Shown here in pieces: positions 1 through 5,728 of a stretch of 5,728 nucleotides of DNA. A model generated the notes under the pieces. That model was given only the letters and a program-made list of their open reading frames with translations. It was not told the origin of the DNA and ran no database searches. Source of the stretch: Rotaria socialis (lineage: Eukaryota); NCBI GenBank assembly GCA_905331015.1, contig CAJNXB010000003.1, positions 302,841-308,568 on the forward strand. Direction: 5' to 3'. A program made the position numbers and the translations under genes. The first letter of the stretch is position 1. Each line of letters opens with the position of its first letter.

Positions 1-197
1 ATATCTATTTTAGAGTAATATTATCAGCTAAAACGTATCTAAAAATCTTTCGGTTTCTAATCCTTAAGTATCGTCAAAACTTAATGAAGAATCTAAATTT
101 AAATACAACTTCACTGACGGATGTATGTTTTATTCTGATATGCAAATTTCAATATTTTCTATGTTCATTATACAGACAGCATCTCCATCGTAACTCT

Positions 198-209
198 ATG
201 GCTGGCACG
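198..209 (+). CDS. Possible tiny first coding exon (ATG GCT GGC ACG, MAGT) of the zipper gene
   Basis: ATGGCTGGCACG|GTAAAA ends in phase 0, which fits the phase-0 acceptor at 310/311 (101-bp intron). There is no other support. Confidence 0.15.
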
Positions 210-310
210 GTAAAATTTAAAGTCTAGAGATCATTGAAAGCAGTCTACGTATAATGATGATCGCAAAGATTAACTTGCTATTTATAATTGTATTCAATAT
301 TTCTTCTTAG

Positions 311-446
311 ATTTCATCAAAATTCACAACGAACTATCCTACTAGTCAGAATATTCAACAACAGTATTGCCCGAAGAATGCTGTAAAAAATCCAGAAGAG
401 TCAACAATTATTGAATATTCGGAGCTCCCTCATTCTCTATCGACTG
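311..446 (+). CDS. Exon upstream of the zipper exon; its reading frame is open and joins the 901 exon through a 454-bp intron
   Basis: Acceptor TTTCTTCTTAG|ATT at 310/311 and donor ACTG|GTGAGT at 446/447. Reads ISSKFTTNYPTSQNIQQQYCPKNAVKNPEESTIIEYSELPHSLST, and the one leftover base joins TT at 901 in frame. Confidence 0.5.
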
Positions 447-900
447 GTGAGTGATAATCTTTGTTATATAAATCGTGTCAGACAATATGAGATGTAATTC
501 CAAAGTCAAAAATTGGTTCTAATAAAAAGTAATAGTTCCTTTTAAATTTTCTTCGTCATTATTTAATTACTGATAAATCGATGAAGAGTTGATCATTTCT
601 CAGAATACTTTTTAATCGCTCTCTCGACCTCATGGCTTTCATGTCGCTAAAAGGTGCAGTTAACTTTAGGGTAATTGAACAAGTCAATTTAAGACTTTCA
701 GTAATCTAAACCACCTGAAATATTTCAAAAGTATCACGATTTCTCAGAGTTTGACAATTTAAAACATCGAAGCTCATATTGAATGCATGTTTTACATACA
801 AAAACTTACCAGAATCTGGAATCGTATAAGGTTTCTAAAATACCATAAAATTTTCGCTTTTTAACATTTGGAAAAATATAATCGATTGCTCTTCTTCTAG

Positions 901-1133
901 TTCAGCCTCCTTTTTCGCTGGCAACACCATCAACCACCCAAGCTGTTCTTTCATCTGATTATTCGACTGTTACGTGTCCACGTGAATACTTCGATAAACG
1001 ATTCGACATATATGCCGAGAAAGTAGAACATCTTTCGAACGAAGTTGCCGTCCTGAGAAATCAAAACGATGAATTAAATCGACAAATTATTTATCTCAAA
1101 CAATACCAAACCAATACTGACCACGATCATTAG
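901..1133 (+). CDS. Terminal exon encoding a C-terminal leucine zipper / coiled coil
   Basis: Preceded by acceptor CTCTTCTTCTAG (ending at 900). Reads (V)QPPFSLATPSTTQAVLSSDYSTVTCPREYFDKRFDIYAEKVEHLSNEVAVLRNQNDELNRQIIYLKQYQTNTDHDH, stop TAG at 1131..1133. Four leucines in perfect L-x6 spacing. Confidence 0.6.
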
Positions 1134-1558
1134 GAATGAAGACGAGACGATACTGCTAGGTTGCCTCTCTTTGTCAAGAACAACAATGATACCGACAACT
1201 ATTTAGTGAAAGAATCAGTCGATCGACAAGAATTATATTCATATTTATTTAAAGATGATTTTAACCAACGCAAAACAGCCCCTAGCGTTAGACATTACTT
1301 TTTTCGGCTTTTTCTGTTTGATCAGTATATTTTTCTGTTTGTTATACTAGAGTGGCAACAATATTTACTTACTCCTTCTTGTAACTTACACTCCAATCTG
1401 AACAACGTTCACCACAGTTTGATAAAGGCTTGCAAGACTTGACTCAGAAACATACTCCAAATAGCCAGTATCGTCCTAGAGATGGTCTATAGAGAAGAAG
1501 AAAAACACATGAAACAATTCATTAGTAGAGTGCTCTTATTTATTCACGATGCATTTGA

Positions 1559-1564
1559 AATAAA
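1559..1564 (+). promoter_or_regulatory. Candidate poly(A) signal AATAAA for the zipper gene
   Basis: AATAAA hexamer about 425 bp downstream of the TAG at 1131..1133, in non-coding-looking sequence. Confidence 0.3.
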
Positions 1565-1615
1565 CTAATATAGATCTAAACCGTTTTTTTATTATTAAAT
1601 TAATGCTATAGAGGA

Positions 1616-1632
1616 TGTGGGTGTGGGCGGGG
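1616..1632 (+). repeat. Two tandem TGTGGG units followed by CGGGG
   Basis: Direct reading: TGTGGG TGTGGG CGGGG at 1616..1632. Confidence 0.6.
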
Positions 1633-2179
1633 TTGAGATCTGCGGAACAAGACCAGGTGAGTACATATATCTACCCTCATACCAACACCCTCGAGATAAT
1701 GTAAGAATAAAGTATGTAGTAACACAGGAAGATAACTCATCATGTATAAACAATCGATGGTGAAAAACGATAGTGCCATACCATAACCTCAACAGAACCT
1801 GCTCGGTTCCCTATTATATAAATTCAGCTGAAATAGAGAAATCTAATTTTGACAGATTTGTTCAAATGACATCACGTGAATAAAATATGATAACTTTATT
1901 TTAATAGATTTGTTGAATGAAAATAATATTTAAAAATGCATGTCATCTAAGTCAAGATAAAGTTTTTCATACGAGCATTGTGTTGTTATCAAATAAAACA
2001 CCGTAAATAAGAATCACAAAATATAACATAACAGGTAAATCTGTCGACTTGTTGATTTGTCAATAGAAAAATTTTGTACGCGATGACTTCCATAATCGGT
2101 AACATAAAGATTTTAATCAGCATCAAATTATATATCAGTAGGAAAATTGAATTGATCGGATTGATAGCCGCGGCCACGA

Positions 2180-2204
2180 CCACCTACAATGGTGGTATAG
2201 GTGG
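2180..2204. repeat. Small imperfect-context inverted repeat: CCACCTA (2180..2186) / TAGGTGG (2198..2204), 11-nt loop
   Basis: The 7-bp arms are exact reverse complements. The loop contains a second GGTGG that could pair alternatively with CCACC. Confidence 0.5.
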
Positions 2205-2881
2205 ACGCGATGCCAATGTAATTGTTTACTCTACTTTCCTAATGTACTCACTTGAATCTGTTGATGATCATAGTTACTTATTAACGTAGGACGATTTGAA
2301 TTCTCTTGATGTACTCTTTTGTATCTTATAATAAGCAATCGAGCGATAAATAAACACCATCTTCGATACAAGATTTGTTGTGAAGATTTTTATAATGACG
2401 ACATCGGTATTGTTGTTCTCAAGAAAAATTCCAATGTGACTGATTGAATCTTTCTTCTTCCTAAGTAATTATATTCGAATTTATTGAATGTAGATAAATA
2501 CCTCATTGAAAAAAGAAAAAAATAATGCTTCTGATGAGTTTCGTGCATCTGAAAACAACTCAACTTAGTTTTCTTTTTTTGACTTTTCTTATATCAATGT
2601 GATGTGAAACTTTGAAGGAAAGAAAGAAAATTGAGATAACAGCATGCAACTATGATTGCATTCTTGTTGTGAAATAATATTGGATACTTATGTAGTGCTT
2701 AGCTTGATGAATCATTACTTCATATAATTTCCCTCAATAGTGACAACTCATGATGCATATTTAGTTTTCATACTCAGATGCAATCACAGCCAGCGAAGGA
2801 TTTTTCCAATTTTCTACAATATAAATAGTATACCAGCTTTGCATATTATCATCAGTATCTTCCGTTCGCAACACACTGAGT

Positions 2882-4904
2882 ATGTCTTTCAAGCCACAAA
2901 ATACGAGAGTTGCTGCGACAAAGCGAATAATAAGGTATGAAGACATATTAATGAATGTTTTTATTATTCGAATTTGAATATGTTAAATATTTTTTAGAGA
3001 TTTGAAAGATCTTGACAAACTTCCCATACCAGGGCTCGGTGTTACTTGTCCTGATGAATCTGATCCATTTGTTTTACATTGCAACGTATGTATTTCAGCA
3101 AATATTTGATCTACACATCACAATAACTGATTTGTTATTTAGGTATTGATAAATGATGGTCCCTATCATGGAGTTATGATTCATTTAATTCTTCATATTC
3201 CAGAAGATTATCCGTTGACAGGCCCAGCTGGAAATATAGCGCCTGGCTTAGAATTCGATTCTAGATATCATGGTCATATTCATCAAGACTACAGGTATGA
3301 TCATATTTTGATAGTGAACTCTGTAAGTTTTATCTATCACTTTCAGAAATGGACATTCTTTGTGTAATGATTTATTGACGAATTTTGCATTCTACTTTCG
3401 CTCTGTCGATGGAGGTACCACCAAAAAAGCCAGTGGTTGGAGGTAACTAAACGAGTTGTAGACATTGTCTAAATTTGAAAATCATTTTCTCTCCTATTTC
3501 TAGTCCTGGTTATACTTTATCAACAGCTCTCCTCCAAATCGTTACATTTTTTGCAGAGCCTGATCTTATTTCTGCGGCTTCTTCAGAAAGTATTGTTTAT
3601 CTCCGCAAAATGGTGAAAAATTTTACATGTACAACGTGTGGCCATTCTTATGACAATCCAAATCCGGCTATAGTCGGTTATAATGAGAAAAAGTCAGATA
3701 AGCAACAAACAGAAGAAGAACTAATGAAATCCAAGCGTGAACTAATGGAAAAATTAACATGCGGCGTAACAAAACAAAATGTCATAGAAGATCAAATTTG
3801 TCTTGGTTATCCATTATTAGTTACACGTGATAATCGTGGTCGACTGTGGCCAGAAATTGTTTTGGAACTTATTTCTTATGATGCATACGTTGCAGAAATA
3901 CAGAAATCCGGTGGAGAAAAATTAGATTTTTATGAAAATTTAAAATTTCGTTCTGTCACAGGTGCAGATTACAACCATTGGTTGCCTTTGTATATTAATG
4001 CGAATCATTTTCGACAAGGACAAACAATTATTCAAAATAGTATTAGTGTTATTTATAATGGTACTGCTCGAGGTAGTGCAAGATATGATTTTATGCCAAA
4101 CATGGCATTGAGTGTCTTGACTACTTTAATGAATAAATCAGCTGTGCGTTTATTTAATGGTCAAATGTATGAATCAGCACAAGCGATAGAAGCATATTGC
4201 CATTTTTTACGTTTATTAATGCATTTTATCGATATTTTTCCTGCATTAGGTAAAGTACAAATAGCAATAAATTTTGTTAAAGAATATTGTTCATATTTGT
4301 TTTTTTGTCGTCTTTTAGATTCTAGGATTAATAAAATTGTGGAAGGATTCACGACAACATTAGCTGGCTGTAATAAAAAGGTAGTGCCAGATATTGGTGA
4401 ATTTTTGATACAAATCGCGTTATCAACAAAATATAAATTCAATGATGTTAAAAAATATGTCTACGAAGAATATTTTGCTCGACAAATATATTGGATTCAA
4501 AAAAATAGTACAATTAAAAATTTGTTACATATAACGACAGCAGATTTACCTGAAATATTTCAAGCAGTAAAAGTATCAAATCATTTGTTAGTATTCAATC
4601 TGGAAATGGCTGAAACATTTATTTTTCCAGGTGTCAAAGAGTGAGTATCTGCTTTTCGCATTATCAACTATGTTGTACTATACACTTTATCTTTAGACGT
4701 CTGGATCGATTATATGGGTATCCACCTACAGTTATTGTCGAAAAATTTCAAACACGCTTAAAAGCTATTAAAGCAATAGATCGATATAGTGTGTTAATGC
4801 AAGCTATCCGTCTTAGTGACACAATCAAATCACCAGATGACATGATTGATTTGATAAAACGTTCCATACATGTATCAAATCAACAAGGCTATACCAATAT
4901 ATGA
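2882..4904 (+). CDS. Spliced gene encoding a 577-aa protein: UBC/E2-like domain plus long C-terminal extension. join(2882..2934,2998..3085,3143..3294,3347..3442,3504..4640,4697..4904)
   Basis: All five introns are GT...AG. Exon lengths 53+88+152+96+1137+208 = 1734 nt = 578 codons including TGA at 4902..4904, with no internal stop. The joined N-terminus reads MSFKPQNTRVAATKRIIRDLKDLDKLPIPGLGVTCPDESDPFVLHCNVLINDGPYHGVMIHLILHIPEDYPLTGPAGNIAPGLEFDSRYHGHIHQDYRNGHSLCNDLLTNFAFYFRSVDGGTTKKASGWSPGYTLSTALLQIVTFFAEPDL. This follows the UBC order: helix 1, beta meander, P.DYP, Cys loop, W/SP.YT helix. Confidence 0.88.
2921..3570 (+). other. UBC (ubiquitin-conjugating enzyme E2) fold domain, split across exons 1-5; candidate active-site Cys104 codon at 3363..3365
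   Basis: KRIIRDLKDL resembles E2 helix 1; GPYHGVMIHLILHIPEDYPLTGP resembles GPxGTPYEGGxFxLxIxFPxDYPFxPP; GHSLCNDLL resembles GxICLDIL; GWSPGYTLSTALLQI resembles WSPALTxxxVLLSI. Confidence 0.82.
2935..3503 (+). other. Introns 1-4 of the UBC gene: 2935..2997 (63 bp), 3086..3142 (57 bp), 3295..3346 (52 bp), 3443..3503 (61 bp)
   Basis: Donors GTATGA, GTATGT, GTATGA, GTAACT; acceptors TTTTTAG, TTATTTAG, CTTTCAG, ATTTCTAG. Removing them restores a continuous UBC-like reading frame. Confidence 0.87.
3628..3801 (+). other. Cysteine cluster downstream of the UBC domain: C172-x2-C175 ... C216 ... C229, a possible zinc-binding module
   Basis: Direct translation: FTCTTCGHSYDNPNP...MEKLTCGVTKQNVIEDQICLGYP. 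The first pair has zinc-knuckle-like CxxCGH spacing. Confidence 0.4.
4641..4696 (+). other. Intron 5 of the UBC gene (56 bp)
   Basis: Donor AAAGA|GTGAGT and acceptor ATCTTTAG|ACG. Joining gives VKERLDRLYGYPPTVIVEKFQTRLKAIKAIDRYSVLMQAIRL..., which is in frame to TGA at 4902..4904. Confidence 0.85.
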
Positions 4905-5032
4905 TAGACAATTCAATTTCAAGGTCGAAATTGATATAATTCATACTCATGAAGATATATCCGTGTGGCAACGCATAGATGGCAAAAATATGTACTTTAC
5001 TAAACATGCATGTTCCACAGTAGTAAATTATG

Positions 5033-5476
5033 TTAGACATCATTCTTGGTTTTTTTATCATTTCGGCGAATAGCCCCACATATCTTAATAAATGAAAGCG
5101 AAAGAATAAATAGACGACCTCTCTTGATTGGCATCATTCTAAATTTGTCTTGGGGGTGTGGTTCCATTTGATCAGCAATCATTTGGAGCATGGCTCGCAG
5201 ATAACATGTCTGTTCATGTTCATCGCCCAATTGTTTAGTAGCAATGTCGAGAGCTTTCATGCCAATGTCAAAAGCTTCTGAATATCTTTCTAATTTGGAA
5301 AGTCCTAAAGTAATGTGATTGTAAGTGGCAACAAGCGATGGATGATCATCGGGTAATGAGCGCTTTTGAGTTTCCAAACATTTATTAAGCATGAATAATC
5401 CCGCTTCATAATGTCCATGTTGAATATATTCAATCGTACCACGTTTTGGATCGTTATCTTTAGTACTTTCGTTCAT
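5033..5476 (-). CDS. TPR-repeat protein fragment (kinesin-light-chain-like / NPHP3-like TPR class)
   Basis: The 147-aa ORF contains HYEAGLFMLNKCLETQKRSLPDDHPSLVATYNHITLGLSKLERYSEAFDIGMKALDIATKQLGDEHEQT. The YEA and YSEA positions are exactly 42 residues apart, with the LPxDHPxLVATYNxI motif. The gene may start further upstream: the frame stays open 5' of the ATG, with an acceptor-like TTTTCTCTCGTCAG ending at 5527 on the minus strand. Confidence 0.7.
   Translation of the reverse strand: MNESTKDNDPKRGTIEYIQHGHYEAGLFMLNKCLETQKRSLPDDHPSLVATYNHITLGLSKLERYSEAFDIGMKALDIATKQLGDEHEQTCYLRAMLQMIADQMEPHPQDKFRMMPIKRGRLFILSLSFIKICGAIRRNDKKTKNDV
5087..5110 (+). promoter_or_regulatory. Two AATAAA hexamers (5087..5092 and 5105..5110), candidate poly(A) signals for the UBC gene
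   Basis: First canonical hexamers seen after the UBC stop codon (4904). They lie inside the opposite-strand TPR ORF. Confidence 0.35.
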
Positions 5477-5689
5477 TTTACAACTATCAAATAGTCGCTT
5501 AAATGTAGGGCTTCTAATGAATTTGGCTGACGAGAGAAAAGATTAATCTAAAAGCGATAGATATCGCTTGACCAAGGACGTATGTGACGTGTATCCCATT
5601 GGTGTCACTAGTTGATGGAATTGCAAACAATCTTAACATGCAAGAAAATCGAAAAAATTTCAAAATCATTATAAAGTATTTTTTCTTAT

Positions 5690-5728
5690 CGGTGGGTGGG
5701 CGCCGCCCCCCCGAGCCCCCCCCCCCGC
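5690..5728. repeat. G/C homopolymer-rich low-complexity tract at the window end
   Basis: CGGTGGGTGGGCGCCGCCCCCCGAGCCCCCCCCCCCCGC, an abrupt change from the AT-rich sequence just before it. Confidence 0.8.

Noticed and set aside
961-1031. A hidden bZIP basic region in another frame just upstream of the zipper
   Set aside because: The other two frames over this stretch give no run of Arg/Lys with the N-x2-AA-x2-(S/C)R pattern.
1595-1792. Minus-strand 65-aa ORF
   Set aside because: No recognisable domain. Composition matches translated non-coding DNA.
1989-2289. Overlapping opposite-strand ORFs at 1989..2183 (-) and 2074..2289 (+)
   Set aside because: Short, motif-free, mostly AT-driven hydrophobic residues, with no supporting splice partners.
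2740-2940. Plus-strand 66-aa ORF overlapping exon 1
   Set aside because: It is in a different frame from the UBC gene, has no motif, and resembles AT-rich 5' UTR sequence.
3086-3098. Alternative acceptor TATTTCAG ending at 3098
   Set aside because: It would make a 13-bp intron, which is too short. The acceptor at 3142 gives an in-frame match to the UBC pattern.
3475-3503. ATG at 3475 as the start of the 389-aa ORF
   Set aside because: It lies inside intron 4. The residues before SPGYTL are intron translation, and upstream exons complete the UBC domain.
4161-4442. Minus-strand 93-aa ORF
   Set aside because: Fully antisense to the well-supported large exon of the UBC gene and has no recognisable motif.
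4825-5079. ORFs between the two convergent genes (4825..5079 minus, 4870..5073 plus)
   Set aside because: Both lie in the likely 3' UTR overlap region and show no domain signal.
1-5728. tRNA/rRNA, CRISPR array, bacterial operon or phage features
   Set aside because: No GGTTCGANTCC-type B box, no regularly spaced repeats and no Shine-Dalgarno-linked gene strings were seen. Intron structure shows eukaryotic DNA.

Overview
The window reads as eukaryotic (metazoan-like) DNA: AT-rich, with short GT-AG introns of 52-63 bp in the best gene. The intron sizes, the kinesin-light-chain-style TPR ORF and a tandem TGTGGG motif suggest a bdelloid rotifer, but this is inference. The main feature is a six-exon gene on the + strand (2882..4904) whose exons join in one open frame of 577 aa. 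It encodes an N-terminal UBC/E2-like domain with a candidate catalytic Cys104 but no canonical HPN motif, fused to a long C-terminal region with a CxxC...C...C cysteine set and a WLPLYIN segment. A TPR-type ORF lies convergently on the minus strand (5033..5476). At the left end are two exons (311..446 and 901..1133) that join in frame and end in a CREB-like leucine zipper without a basic region. The middle (about 1570-2880) has no well-supported gene but holds a G-rich TGTGGG motif, an orphan exon-like segment and a small inverted repeat. The right end is a G/C homopolymer-rich tract that may be a contig-end artefact. I found no CRISPR array, tRNA, rRNA or prokaryotic operon structure.
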